Part shown: positions 28,635 to 38,691 of the stretch, in pieces
How the letters are laid out: every line of letters starts with the position of its first letter
Position numbering within the stretch: the stretch's first letter is position 1
Origin: Candidatus Krumholzibacteriota bacterium
GTDB taxonomy: Bacteria > Krumholzibacteriota > Krumholzibacteriia > JAJRXK01
DNA length: 64,000 nt
Direction of reading: 5' to 3'
Assembly: GCA_963764625.1 (NCBI GenBank)
Contig: CAVXTH010000007.1
Coordinates: forward strand, 32,001 to 96,000
Notes under the pieces: model-generated
What the model saw: the letters and a program-made list of their open reading frames with translations, nothing else
Told to the model about the DNA's origin: nothing
Database searches by the model: none
Program-made: the position numbers and the translations under genes

Positions 28635-30329
28635 TCAGGCCGGGGCAGGTTCCTCGAGGAAATAATTGAAATCCTCCGAGTCCTCCGCATGCAGAATCTC
28701 GTAAGCGTGGGCTGGGCTCTTCGCTCTGTAGAGCTGACGCTGCACGTTCAGATCGGAGCCGATGGCTCGGGCCATCGCGGCAATCACTTCCAGATGCCGC
28801 TCTCTCCGGTTCTGCGGAGTGGCCAAGAGGAGTACGCAGTGGATCGGTTCGCCGTCGGGCGCAGAGAACGCGAGCCCCTCGCGACTGATCCCCATGACCC
28901 CAACGATCTCCGGACCCTCCTCTAGAACACCGTGGGGAATGGCCAGACCATGCCCCACGCAGGTCGAGATCTCCTTCTCCCGTTCGAGCACGCTCGCAAG
29001 AAAGCGTTCTCGATTCAGGCCCACATGCGTGGTCGCCGCCAGATGGTCGACGAGACTGTCGATCGCCTCCTCGTAGGTGGACGCGCTCAGATTCACCACG
29101 ATGTGTTCTTCGTGCAAGAAGTCGATGAGGCGTGCGCGATCCTTCCCGACCTCGCCGGAACGAATCAGAGCAATCCGGGTCAAGATGGGACCGACAATTT
29201 CGTTGAGGGTGACCGAGGTGAGACCGACCGCGAGGAAGAGTTGGCTGATTTCGCGAAAACTGGGATCTTCCTGCACGATCAGCACCAGGCCCACCGCGAC
29301 CCCGGCTTGCGGCACCAGAGCCAGACCGAGGTTCGACCGGACTTTCCTCGGCGCACCCGCCAGCCGCATGGCCAGGCGTCCGGCGAGGAGCTTTCCCGCC
29401 ATCCGTACCACCACCACGATCAGCACCAGCAGCGCACTGGCTCTGAGGTAGCCGAAATCGAGCTCCATTCCGGCCACGGTGAAGAAGATGGCGAAGATCG
29501 CGCTCTCGAAGTTCACGAAGACGTTGTGGCCGATTTCATCCTTGTCGGGTGTGAAGTTGGCCAGGGCCATCCCCAAGAACAGGCAGGCCAGAAGCGATGA
29601 GAAACCCAGGAAATCAGCCAGACCCGCGGTGAGGAGGATGGCCGCCATCGACGCGGTGGCGAGTTGATCGCTTCGCACCAGTTTACGAGTGGCCAGAACC
29701 AGAATGGCGCCGATGCCAAAGCCAAGCCCCGCGCTGGACGCCAGCTCCAGGAGCGGCGCCATCAGAATCTCGTGAAGATGCGGCGACACGGCGGAGCCCA
29801 GGCTCACGTGGGCCGCGGTGTGGGCCATCTCGAAGAGTGCGATGCACGCGATGTTGTTGAGGGCTACCGCCGCCATGAGGGTCTTCACGAACACCCCCCG
29901 CGCGCGCGCCTCTTTCACGATGGCGACGATGGTGGCGGGAGCGGTGGAGACGGCCATGGCCGCGAGCAAGAAGGCGAAGCTCCAGGAGACGTCCGCCACG
30001 AAATAGACGGCAGTGAAGACGAGGAGCGGGGTGAGCGTCGACTCGAAGAGCAGCAACCAGAGCAATCGTCGGCGCGCATTGCGCAGGCGCTTGACGTTGA
30101 GATGATTTCCCACCGCGACGGCGATGAGTCCCAGGGCGAAGTTGGTAATGGGATGAAGCGAGTGGATGGCATCGATACTGGCCAGATCCAGAACGCTGGG
30201 ACCGATCGCCACGCCGGCGAGGATCTGTCCCGTCACGGCGGGCAGCCGCACGCGCCGGGCCAGCTGCCCGGAGAGCACACCCGCCACCAGGATGACGGCG
30301 AGCGTCAGAAGGGGAAAGGCATCCAGCAT
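28635..30329 (-). CDS. Cation:proton antiporter (CPA2-like) fused to PTS EIIA (Ntr/Fru-type) domain
   Basis: LPAVTGQILAGVAIGP, STAPAT, LVPQAGVAVGL; C-terminal LEREKEISTCVGHGLAIPHG. Confidence 0.9.
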   Translation of the reverse strand: MLDAFPLLTLAVILVAGVLSGQLARRVRLPAVTGQILAGVAIGPSVLDLASIDAIHSLHPITNFALGLIAVAVGNHLNVKRLRNARRRLLWLLLFESTLTPLLVFTAVYFVADVSWSFAFLLAAMAVSTAPATIVAIVKEARARGVFVKTLMAAVALNNIACIALFEMAHTAAHVSLGSAVSPHLHEILMAPLLELASSAGLGFGIGAILVLATRKLVRSDQLATASMAAILLTAGLADFLGFSSLLACLFLGMALANFTPDKDEIGHNVFVNFESAIFAIFFTVAGMELDFGYLRASALLVLIVVVVRMAGKLLAGRLAMRLAGAPRKVRSNLGLALVPQAGVAVGLVLIVQEDPSFREISQLFLAVGLTSVTLNEIVGPILTRIALIRSGEVGKDRARLIDFLHEEHIVVNLSASTYEEAIDSLVDHLAATTHVGLNRERFLASVLEREKEISTCVGHGLAIPHGVLEEGPEIVGVMGISREGLAFSAPDGEPIHCVLLLATPQNRRERHLEVIAAMARAIGSDLNVQRQLYRAKSPAHAYEILHAEDSEDFNYFLEEPAPA

Positions 30330-30347
30330 CTTCGTTTCCCGGGCGCG

Positions 30348-31358
30348 CTACCAGCGCATGAGGACGGAACCCCAAGTGAATCCACTGCCGAAGGCGGAGC
30401 AAGCCACGAGCATGCCCTTCTTCAACACGCCGGCTTTTACCGCCTCGTCCATTCCGATGGGCAATGTGGCCGCGGTGGTGTTGCCATACTTCTGAATCGT
30501 GTTGAACACGCGCCTCGGCTCCGCATCGAGCGCCTGCGCAACCGCCTCGTTGATCCGAAGATTCGCCTGGTGGAAGAGGAAGAGATCGACCTCGTCCGCC
30601 GTCAAGTGATTGGCCTTCAGCGCTTCCCGAATGGAGTCAGGCATGAGTTTGACCGCGCTGATGTACACCCGGCGGCCGTCCATCTTGGGGAAATGCTCCC
30701 CTCGCTCCAGAGTCTCCGCATCGATCCACTGCGCTCCGTTGCCCATTCCCGGCGCCTTGGTCCACAACATGTCCGCATAACGTCCGTCGGCGTGGAGATG
30801 CGAACTCAGGATGTGCGAGTCCTTCGTGGGGTCCTTTACTTCGCAACTCTCCATCACGACCGCACCCGCGCCGTCACCGAAGAGCACGCCCAGGTCGCGA
30901 CCGCGGGGAGTCTTGTCCAGACCCTTGGAATGCAGTTCCGCTCCCACCACCAGGACACGATGGTACATGCCCGAGCGAATGAACTGGTCGGCCACGGACA
31001 TTCCGTAGATGAATCCCGTGCACTGTTGACGGATGTCCAGGGCTGCTACTCCCGGAAGCTCCAACTTGGCCTGCAGGAAGCAGGCGGTGCCGGGAAAGTT
31101 ATGATCGGGACTCAGAGTGGCGAGGATGATGAGCTCGAGGGTGGACTTGTCGATCCCCGCGCTTTCGACCGCGCGATTGGCTGCTTCCAAAGCGAGATCG
31201 GAAGTCGAACTCGACGCGTCCGCCCAAAATCTCTGTTCGATCCCCGTGCGCTGTCGAACCCACTCGTCACTCGTGTTCATCATTTCGCTGAGTTCGTCGT
31301 TGGTGACGACTCGGGGCGGGGCGTAGGAGCCGACACCGATGATGCGAGAACGATGCAT
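30348..31358 (-). CDS. fabH: 3-oxoacyl-ACP synthase III
   Basis: TSDEWVRQRTGI, QQCTGF, FGDGAGA, HQANLRI, YGNTTAA, GSGFTWG. Confidence 0.95.
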   Translation of the reverse strand: MHRSRIIGVGSYAPPRVVTNDELSEMMNTSDEWVRQRTGIEQRFWADASSSTSDLALEAANRAVESAGIDKSTLELIILATLSPDHNFPGTACFLQAKLELPGVAALDIRQQCTGFIYGMSVADQFIRSGMYHRVLVVGAELHSKGLDKTPRGRDLGVLFGDGAGAVVMESCEVKDPTKDSHILSSHLHADGRYADMLWTKAPGMGNGAQWIDAETLERGEHFPKMDGRRVYISAVKLMPDSIREALKANHLTADEVDLFLFHQANLRINEAVAQALDAEPRRVFNTIQKYGNTTAATLPIGMDEAVKAGVLKKGMLVACSAFGSGFTWGSVLMRW

Positions 31359-31454
31359 GACAGCCTCTCCTTCTCGAGAGCCGAGTGGTTCGACCGAAGA
31401 CGATTTCATCCCATTTGGACGGAGCTGGCAAGGTCGAAGCCGAGACGCGTGGGA

Positions 31455-32657
31455 TCAGGAACCCTTCCGCTGGCTCTCCACCACCCTGACATGCCGACTC
31501 TCGGGTTCGACGGAAAGACTCACTTGCCCGTCCAGCATGCGAAGGAGATGACGGCCCGCGAGTTCATACCGCCAACCCTTCATGAGGGGGAGATCGTTCA
31601 CCGTGTCGTCATCTCCCCTCAGCCGCTCGATGAATCGCACCAGGTCCTTCTTGGTGGCGACATAGCTCGTGGCGATGCTCACCTTGCGGGTGATCTTGCG
31701 GAGAAACACCGAGAGTAGATCAGCCGTGAGCTGGATGTCTTGATCATCCTCGCGGATCGCGGGCAGCTTGGGCCACTCCGCCTTCGGCACTTCAGTCCCT
31801 TTGCGCACTGCCTCGATGATTTCCTCCCCGCTGCGGCTGATCTCGCGGCTGTGCAGGCGGCGCAGGAGGTGCAGGTCTTCCACCAATTTCGGTTGACGGC
31901 GCGAGAGGTCGATCAAGACGTCGTCGGCGACCACACGGTTTCTCGGCACGTTGCGATGGGCGGCGCTCCGCTCGCGCCAGTCGGCGAGTTCCCGAAGCAC
32001 CGCGAGTCCCCTGCCATCCAGGGAGCGGTGACGGGAGACTCGCAACCAGAGCCGGCGAAGATCGAGTTCGTATTCCCCGATCTCCTCGTAGTGCGCCAGC
32101 TCCTCGGCCAGCCAGCCCAGCCGGCCTATCTTCTGCAATCGAGTCGAGAGTTCGTCACGCAGCGCGTGGAGGTAGACGACATCGTTCAGGGCGTACTGGA
32201 TCTGAGCCTCGCGGAGGGGACGCTTGCCCCAGTCAGTGACCCGCTCCTGCTTCTTCACTCCCACGTCCAACACGCGCCGGAGCAGGTCGGCGTACCCCGG
32301 CTGCTCACCCATCCCGAGCAGAGCCGCGGCGACCTGGGTATCGAAGAGGTTGTGGGGGAGAGTGTGGGTCTTGTCGTAGAAGATCTCCAGATCCTGGCTC
32401 GCGGCGTGGAGGATGACCTCGATCGTGGGGTCGGCGACCAGCTTCCAGAGCGGGGTCAAGTCCTCCAGGAGGAGGGGGTCGATCAGCACCGCCTCCTGGC
32501 GCGTGGCGACCTGCACTAGCTGGAGAATGGGCTTGTAGGTCCTCTCCCGCTCGAATTCGGTGTCCAGCGCGATGCTCTTTTCTTTCCTGGCGCGCTGACA
32601 GAAAGATTTTAGATCGCTGGAGGTGCTGAAGATTTCGATCTCGTTGACCAATGCCAC
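31455..32657 (-). CDS. rnd: Ribonuclease D (3'-5' exonuclease plus HRDC)
   Basis: ALDTEFERERTY, HAASQDLE, FDTQVAA, TDWGKRPL, YALNDV, WRERSA; start codon uncertain. Confidence 0.92.
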   Translation of the reverse strand: MALVNEIEIFSTSSDLKSFCQRARKEKSIALDTEFERERTYKPILQLVQVATRQEAVLIDPLLLEDLTPLWKLVADPTIEVILHAASQDLEIFYDKTHTLPHNLFDTQVAAALLGMGEQPGYADLLRRVLDVGVKKQERVTDWGKRPLREAQIQYALNDVVYLHALRDELSTRLQKIGRLGWLAEELAHYEEIGEYELDLRRLWLRVSRHRSLDGRGLAVLRELADWRERSAAHRNVPRNRVVADDVLIDLSRRQPKLVEDLHLLRRLHSREISRSGEEIIEAVRKGTEVPKAEWPKLPAIREDDQDIQLTADLLSVFLRKITRKVSIATSYVATKKDLVRFIERLRGDDDTVNDLPLMKGWRYELAGRHLLRMLDGQVSLSVEPESRHVRVVESQRKGS

Positions 32658-32820
32658 AATTCCCGGTCTAGAACTGGAATGAGTTGCCAATTTACACAGA
32701 AGAAGCCCATTGGGCGAGGAATTCGGCAAAGTTCCCGCGGGTTTGCAAGCCAGGTTGGATTATCTATCGTAGCTCTGTCTTCAAGCCGAGATCCCCACCT
32801 CCTGCAGGAGAAGTACATTC

Positions 32821-33990
32821 ATGGGAAAGCTCCAGAGGATCGCCATTCTCACCGGCGGCGGTGACGTGCCGGGTCTCAATGCGGCCATCAAGTCGGTCGC
32901 GAAGCGCTGCCACGGCGATGGAGTCGAGCTGATCGGGATCCGGCGTGGCTGGCAGGGAATGGTCGATCTCGAGCCCGACAATACGGATCGGGACAAGGAC
33001 TTGCTGATCCAGCTCGGCCCGGAAGTCGTTCGCACGATCGATCGCAGCGGAGGAACGATGCTGCACAGCTCGCGCACGAATCCGGCTTCCATGAGCGAAA
33101 AGGTGCTGCCCAAGAGCTTCGACAAATCGACCCACCAGCCCGGCCCGACGGGCAAGTGGGACCTGAGTGACCGAGTCCTGAAGACCCTGGAGCGAATCGG
33201 TATCGATGCCGTCATCGTCATCGGCGGGGACGACACGCTCAGCTACGCCGCGCATCTCGATTCCCTGGGTTGGCCGACGGTCGGGATCCCCAAGACCATG
33301 GACAACGACGTGAGCGGAACCGAATACTGTATCGGCTTCTCCACCGCCGTGACGCGGAGCGTGGACATGATCACGCAACTCCGCACTCCCGCGGGCAGCC
33401 ACGAGCGGATCGCGGTCATCGAGCTCTTCGGCCGCAACTCGGGTCAGACCGCGCTTCGAATCGGGTACCTCTCCGGAGCGGATCGCACCCTCATCTGTGA
33501 AGTGCCTTTCGACGTGGAGAAGGTATGCCGTTTCGCCGAGCAGGATCAGGACAGCAATCCCAGCCACTATTCGATCATCGTGATCAGCGAGGGCGCCTAT
33601 CCCCTGGGCGGTGAAGTGCTCGAAACCGGCGAACCCGACGCCTACGGCCATCGCAAGCTCGGAGGAGTCGGAATCTGGTTGAGCGAACAGATTCGCCACC
33701 GCACCGGGCGCGAGACCCTTGCGCAGCGTTTGGGCTATCTGATGCGCGCGGGCAGCCCCGACTCTCTCGATCGCATCGTCGCCATGAACTTCGGGAATCT
33801 CGCCTACGAGCTACTGCGCAAAGAGCGCCACGGAAACATGACCGCTCTCATGGGGGGGCGCTACGTGGCGACTCCTCTGGCCGCGGTGAACGCGGGAGCG
33901 CGCCGGGTGGACGTGGAGAGCTACTACGACGCCCAAACCTATCTTCCCCGAACCCTTCGAGTGGAAGACCAGCCGATGTTCTTGAGCTGA
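32821..33990 (+). CDS. 6-phosphofructokinase (PfkA family), probably PPi-dependent
   Basis: TGGGDVPGLNA, GGTMLHSSR, IGGDDT, PKTMDND, ELFGRNSG, LGYLMRAG. Confidence 0.92.
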   Translation: MGKLQRIAILTGGGDVPGLNAAIKSVAKRCHGDGVELIGIRRGWQGMVDLEPDNTDRDKDLLIQLGPEVVRTIDRSGGTMLHSSRTNPASMSEKVLPKSFDKSTHQPGPTGKWDLSDRVLKTLERIGIDAVIVIGGDDTLSYAAHLDSLGWPTVGIPKTMDNDVSGTEYCIGFSTAVTRSVDMITQLRTPAGSHERIAVIELFGRNSGQTALRIGYLSGADRTLICEVPFDVEKVCRFAEQDQDSNPSHYSIIVISEGAYPLGGEVLETGEPDAYGHRKLGGVGIWLSEQIRHRTGRETLAQRLGYLMRAGSPDSLDRIVAMNFGNLAYELLRKERHGNMTALMGGRYVATPLAAVNAGARRVDVESYYDAQTYLPRTLRVEDQPMFLS

Positions 33991-34031
33991 ATCATGCGGG
34001 AACTCCGGCCAAGAATTTCAAGAGGACGGAA

Positions 34032-34868
34032 ATGAGCGAATTCGAACTGCAGGGCGATTTTGAACGTGAAGTGGTGCAAGAGAGCGCGAAGCAACCGGTG
34101 CTCGTGGACTTCTGGGCGTCATGGTGTGGACCCTGCCGCACTCTGGGCCCCATTCTGCAGAAACTCGCGGGCGAGGCGCAGGGCCGCTTCAAACTGGTGA
34201 AAATCGATACACAGGCCCACCCCGAGCTTGCCCAGCGCTTTGGTATCCAGAGCATTCCCGCGGTGAAACTCTTCGTCGACGGCACGGTGGTGGCGGAATT
34301 CTTGGGAGCATTGCCCGAGGCACAGGTCCGCGCCTGGCTCAAGCAACAGATCCCCTCCGAAACGGACCGTCTCTTTCGCGCGGCGGAGGCGATACTCGCC
34401 GCCGGGGAGAGACAGCGAGCGCGCGAAAACTTCGAAATCGTCCTTCAAGCCGATCCCCAGCACCTTGGCGCTCGCTACCGTCTGGCCGAGATCTCGCTCT
34501 TTGAGGATCCGGCCGCCGCGCTCTCGTACCTGGAGCCGATCCCCCAAAGCGGGAAGCACGCCGGGCGCGTGGAGGCACTCAGAAGACTCGCACGTCAGGC
34601 CACAATCACAAAAGAGAGTTCTTTCACCGCGGTGGAGGAACACGAGCCCAGGGCGCAATGGGTGCGGCGCTACCTCGAGGGCAACCAAGCCCTCGTCGAA
34701 CGAGACTTCGCCGGCGCGCTGAATGCGTGGATCGAGGTGCTCACCTTCGATCGAAAGCTGGACGACGACGGCGCGCGCAAGGCCTGCATTGCTCTTTTCC
34801 ACTACCTGGGTAAGGAGCATGCGCTCACGCGGGAATTCTCGTCCGCCTTCAGCTCCGCGCTGTTCTAG
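34032..34868 (+). CDS. Thioredoxin-TPR chaperedoxin (CnoX/YbbN-like)
   Basis: VDFWASWCGPC followed by TPRs; DDDGARKAC. Confidence 0.88.
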   Translation: MSEFELQGDFEREVVQESAKQPVLVDFWASWCGPCRTLGPILQKLAGEAQGRFKLVKIDTQAHPELAQRFGIQSIPAVKLFVDGTVVAEFLGALPEAQVRAWLKQQIPSETDRLFRAAEAILAAGERQRARENFEIVLQADPQHLGARYRLAEISLFEDPAAALSYLEPIPQSGKHAGRVEALRRLARQATITKESSFTAVEEHEPRAQWVRRYLEGNQALVERDFAGALNAWIEVLTFDRKLDDDGARKACIALFHYLGKEHALTREFSSAFSSALF

Positions 34869-34907
34869 CCGGGCCCGCGCGAGGGGGCCTCAGGTCTTGT
34901 GGCCTTG

Positions 34908-36311
34908 TCAACGCACCAGGATCAGCTTGCGCGCCGACGCATCCTGTCCTTTCACCCGGGCCCAGTACACTCCGCTCGCCACTGCCTCTCCCGCGCCATC
35001 GAGTCCGTCCCAGTGGTAGAGGAGACGGTCAGCTTCGCTCTGAGACGGTTGCAATCGGGTGACGAGACGGCCTTTGGCGTCCAGGATCAGAATCTCCGGG
35101 CGGCCGCTCGCTGCAGTGAGTTCTAGGTTCACCCGCGGGTTGAAGGGGTTGGGCCAGGCCCGAAGCACCGCCTTGCTCCGGGAAGGCGGAGCCCGGGTGA
35201 CCGGGTCCACCGGTGAGCCATCGCGCAACACCAGATCGAAGGGGGGCAGACCCGTCCCGATCGGCCCCGCCACCAGGGCGGTGGTGTTCGCATCGTAGAC
35301 GCGGATCCCCGGGTTCTGTGAGTTCCGATCCGCGACGTACACTCTGCCCTGCTGGGAGATTTCCAGATCACTCAAGTCGAAGCCGGATGAGGTGAGAACC
35401 GTATCGATGGGAGCGCCGGAGGACACGTCGAAGCGGACGAGCAAGGTGCGAAACGAGGCATCGCTCACGATGGCCCACCCCACAGCGCTCGAGGCCAACC
35501 GCGCCGCCTGGAGATCGCCGCCGAGTTGTGCTTCGGTGGTGATGAAGCCTTCACTCTGCCGGGTGAAGGGATTCACCGCCGCGAGCCCGCCGTCTTGTAC
35601 GAGGAACTCCCCGCTTTCGACCACGAGAAGACGATTCAATTTCCTCTCGTACCACAGATCGCCGGTTGGATTTTCGGCCGGAAGAAGGATGGAATCGATG
35701 CCCCCCGTGGAGGGATTCGCGTCCACCACCTCGTCGGTGCGCGTATCGATGACTACCAGGCAAGAACCACCCGCGGGCGGGAGACTGCTCTGGAAACGAT
35801 CCAGACGTTGCAGCGACACAAAGGCGAAATCGCCCACCGCGGCCACTTGGGACATCTCGGGAATTCCGTCCGCGTCCGCGAAGGAAGAGAGATCGACCGT
35901 GGCAAGGAGCGTCCCGTGCAGTGGCTCCACCACCCACAGCTGCGTCTCTTCGAAACGGGTGAGGTAGGCGCGTCCGGGTCGCACCACTTCCAGATCGTAG
36001 GGATTCGAATTGAGCCCGGTGGAGTACTGATCGATGACCGCGTAGCCAGCACCGGCATCCAGAACCAGCACGTTGTCGGCCAGATACCGGTTGATCACGA
36101 AGATGGTATTTCCGCTGCGGCGCGCCACGGCGTCGCCGTGAATGGTGTAAAGATCATTCGTCGTGGTCCACGGCGCGTCCAGAAGCATGGCCGAGGTGGA
36201 GCCGGTGGATTCGAAGGTGGTGGTGGTGCAGAAGAGATCCTGCGCCATGGCTTTCGCCGACACCCCCAGAGCGAGGAGGAAGGCGAGCCATCCGAGTTCA
36301 GATCTGGTCAC
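34908..36311 (-). CDS. Secreted YncE-like beta-propeller with C-terminal FlgD Ig domain; probable B12-uptake accessory protein
   Basis: Signal peptide; IFVINRY, NPYDLEV, AYLTRF, VSLQRLD; WPNPFNP...WDGLD...VASGVY; overlaps the TonB receptor gene. Confidence 0.75.
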   Translation of the reverse strand: MTRSELGWLAFLLALGVSAKAMAQDLFCTTTTFESTGSTSAMLLDAPWTTTNDLYTIHGDAVARRSGNTIFVINRYLADNVLVLDAGAGYAVIDQYSTGLNSNPYDLEVVRPGRAYLTRFEETQLWVVEPLHGTLLATVDLSSFADADGIPEMSQVAAVGDFAFVSLQRLDRFQSSLPPAGGSCLVVIDTRTDEVVDANPSTGGIDSILLPAENPTGDLWYERKLNRLLVVESGEFLVQDGGLAAVNPFTRQSEGFITTEAQLGGDLQAARLASSAVGWAIVSDASFRTLLVRFDVSSGAPIDTVLTSSGFDLSDLEISQQGRVYVADRNSQNPGIRVYDANTTALVAGPIGTGLPPFDLVLRDGSPVDPVTRAPPSRSKAVLRAWPNPFNPRVNLELTAASGRPEILILDAKGRLVTRLQPSQSEADRLLYHWDGLDGAGEAVASGVYWARVKGQDASARKLILVR

Positions 36312-38421
36312 GGCTCCCTCCGATGCCGAGAGAGAGAAGAAAGCGGCGCCCGGGGAGCGGCCAACCGTACAGATCGAAGAGCTGCTGGTTGTCGGTCAGG
36401 TTCTCCACGCGAGCGTCGAGGGTCACCCCTCCGACGTTCAGACGCATCCAGACCTCATGCAACGCTCGTTGGGGAACCTTCTCTCGTCCATTCCGGTCGA
36501 GAGTGTTGTCGCCCATGGCGGTGAACTCGTACCCGACCCGCCACATACCATGCCCCACATTTGCACGCGCGCGCAGCTGATACCCCGGTCGGCCGGGGAG
36601 GGGCTGCCCCTGAAAGGTCGCGTTGTCACTGCAATCGCGGGTGCGCAGCCAGGTGCCATTGAATCCGAGGGCGAGCGGTCCGAAGCGGCCGAGGTCGAGA
36701 TCGGCCTCGACTCCCTTGATCTCTGCCGCGCCGATGTTTTGCGCGGTGGCGGTGCGCTGGCTGTTGCGCACGAAGGTGATGAGCTGCGAGCTATCGTTGT
36801 GGAAGAGGCTGAGCATCAGGCGGCGGTTCGATCCTCGCTGCGTGAACACCAATCCCACGTCGCGGTTGGTACCGATTTCCGGTACCAGATCGGGATTTCC
36901 GATGACACTGCCCCGATTGCCGAAGCGTTCGATCAAGGTGGGGACTCGTTCGTACTCGCCGACATTCGCCTTGAGAATGAGACGCTCACTCAGCAGGTAT
37001 CGAAGGTCGAACTGATAGGTGTGGGCCCAGGTGTCGGCGACTTCTTTGGGGCCGTTGGGCAGGTCGTAGTTTCCCAGCACCGGCACTCCATGGAAGCGAT
37101 CGTGGTGGTACTCGAGTCGCGCCCCCGGACTTAGCGAAAGACGCTCGGCCAAAGCTCGGAATTCCGGTTGCACCGCGGCCGCCACCGTGAAGCGCGTCTG
37201 GGGCGCGCCGTTCTCTTTTTCCGGCCACAGTCGCTCGCTCCTAAGCTGTGCCCAGCGCGTTTCCAGGCGCCAGGCGTCGCCGCGGTGTCCGCCGAACGAG
37301 CCCAGAGCGTTGACCCCGACGCTCTGGGTGCGGTCTCGCCGCTGCTCGCGGACCAGACTCAACTCCCCCTCTTTGTCGTCGAAGCCCTGTTGATCGATTC
37401 GATGGTAGAGCTCGAGTTTTCTCAGGATTCCCCGCCTCGCGCCCGAAGAGAGGAGCGCGGCGCGGAAATGATGCGTGAACGACGAGCTGCGCGCGTGCGC
37501 CGCCTGGAGATCTCTTCCGGGGAGTCCGTACTCGCGGCCGTCGAGCAATTCACTGAATTGCAGGTTCCAGCGATCCCCCGTTCGCAACGCACTGACGATT
37601 CCCCCGCCGGCGCTGAGGTCGTTGTTGCGGCGCGCGGTCCTGAAATCGTCCCGGGGATTGTAGGGAGTGCGATTGTCGAATTCGTAAGTGAAGTCGCCGC
37701 TGCTGCTGAGATACCGCCCACGACCCAGGAGCGTCCACTTTCCCTGTGCGCGCGAGGATCCGGCTTGAAATTCGAAAGTGTGGTACGAACCGGCAGTGGT
37801 GCGCGTCCAGGGCGCTTCTTTCCGGTGCGCGCTCACCAGATGGATGGCGCCTCCCAGCCCGGCGCCACCCAAAACCAGAGGTGCGGCGCCGCGGTACACT
37901 TCGATGCGTTCCAGCGACTGCAGGGGAATGTCCGACAGGTTGACGCTGCCGGTGGAGACCTGGGAGAGGGGAACGCCGTCCAGAAAGATCGGCGCCTGCG
38001 CCGCGGTGGAGCCACGGATGCTGGCGCTGCTGTAGGATCCGAGCCCCCCCGTCTCCTTCACCGTCACCCCCACCGCGTCCGCTAACACCGAGGCCGCGCT
38101 TTGCAGTCCTCCCGCCCAACTCGAGCGCTGAATGACCGAAGCGAAACCTCCCTCGCGATCCAGGATCTCCTGACGCCGTCTTCTGCGTGCACTCACTTCC
38201 ATCGTGGGCGCGAGGTAGACCGCGGTCGAGTCATCCATCCGCAAGGGAGTGAGGATGAGGGTGGAATCGGCGAGCGCATCGGCCGGCGCGTCGTCCGCCG
38301 CGTACGCACGCGTCGACCTCGCGCCGAAGATCAGGGCCGTTGCCAAGAAGAGAATCGCCGAGAGAAACCGGGCCCGCCGAATGCGGGCGGCGTCCTCAGC
38401 CGGACGCAAGAGCGCCACCAT
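36298..38421 (-). CDS. TonB-dependent receptor, probable cobalamin transporter (BtuB-like)
   Basis: Plug motifs SIRGS, FLDGVPL, LERIEVYRG, GGAIHL; barrel motifs GNPDLVPE, VENLTD, PLPGR; lies downstream of a B12 riboswitch. Confidence 0.88.
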   Translation of the reverse strand: MVALLRPAEDAARIRRARFLSAILFLATALIFGARSTRAYAADDAPADALADSTLILTPLRMDDSTAVYLAPTMEVSARRRRRQEILDREGGFASVIQRSSWAGGLQSAASVLADAVGVTVKETGGLGSYSSASIRGSTAAQAPIFLDGVPLSQVSTGSVNLSDIPLQSLERIEVYRGAAPLVLGGAGLGGAIHLVSAHRKEAPWTRTTAGSYHTFEFQAGSSRAQGKWTLLGRGRYLSSSGDFTYEFDNRTPYNPRDDFRTARRNNDLSAGGGIVSALRTGDRWNLQFSELLDGREYGLPGRDLQAAHARSSSFTHHFRAALLSSGARRGILRKLELYHRIDQQGFDDKEGELSLVREQRRDRTQSVGVNALGSFGGHRGDAWRLETRWAQLRSERLWPEKENGAPQTRFTVAAAVQPEFRALAERLSLSPGARLEYHHDRFHGVPVLGNYDLPNGPKEVADTWAHTYQFDLRYLLSERLILKANVGEYERVPTLIERFGNRGSVIGNPDLVPEIGTNRDVGLVFTQRGSNRRLMLSLFHNDSSQLITFVRNSQRTATAQNIGAAEIKGVEADLDLGRFGPLALGFNGTWLRTRDCSDNATFQGQPLPGRPGYQLRARANVGHGMWRVGYEFTAMGDNTLDRNGREKVPQRALHEVWMRLNVGGVTLDARVENLTDNQQLFDLYGWPLPGRRFLLSLGIGGSRDQI

Positions 38422-38454
38422 TCCTCCCCCTCGAAGGTAGTCGGTGGAACGCCC

Positions 38455-38630
38455 GGGGTCGGTCTCCTGGCTTCCGGCTCGTGCCGAACGATGCGCCTTC
38501 CCGGGAATCACCCAGTGGCGTCATGCATCCTTCGTCGCCGGTCACAGTGGCGGGGCCGCGCTGGTCTTGCACCAGACTTCCACATTTGTCCCGCCGGGCG
38601 TCGATGTGAGTTCCGCGCAAGCGGAACCAA
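38455..38630 (-). ncRNA. Cobalamin (AdoCbl) riboswitch
   Basis: Minus strand reads ...AATGTGGAAGTCTGGTGCAAGACCAGCGCGGCCCCGCCACTGTGA...GCCACTGGGTGATTCCCGGGAAGGC...AAGCCAGGAGACC (B12 box). Confidence 0.93.
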
Positions 38631-38691
38631 AGACACACTAGCTCAGGGTTGCGATCGAACGCAAGCGAGAACTCGAACGCGGTTGCTGTCT

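Noticed and set aside
29664-31718. Long antisense ORFs (e.g. 29664-31718 +, 49669-51456 -, 51849-53345 -, 7926-9194 +)
   Set aside because: These are shadow ORFs opposite well-supported genes, as expected in high-GC DNA, and carry no recognisable motifs.
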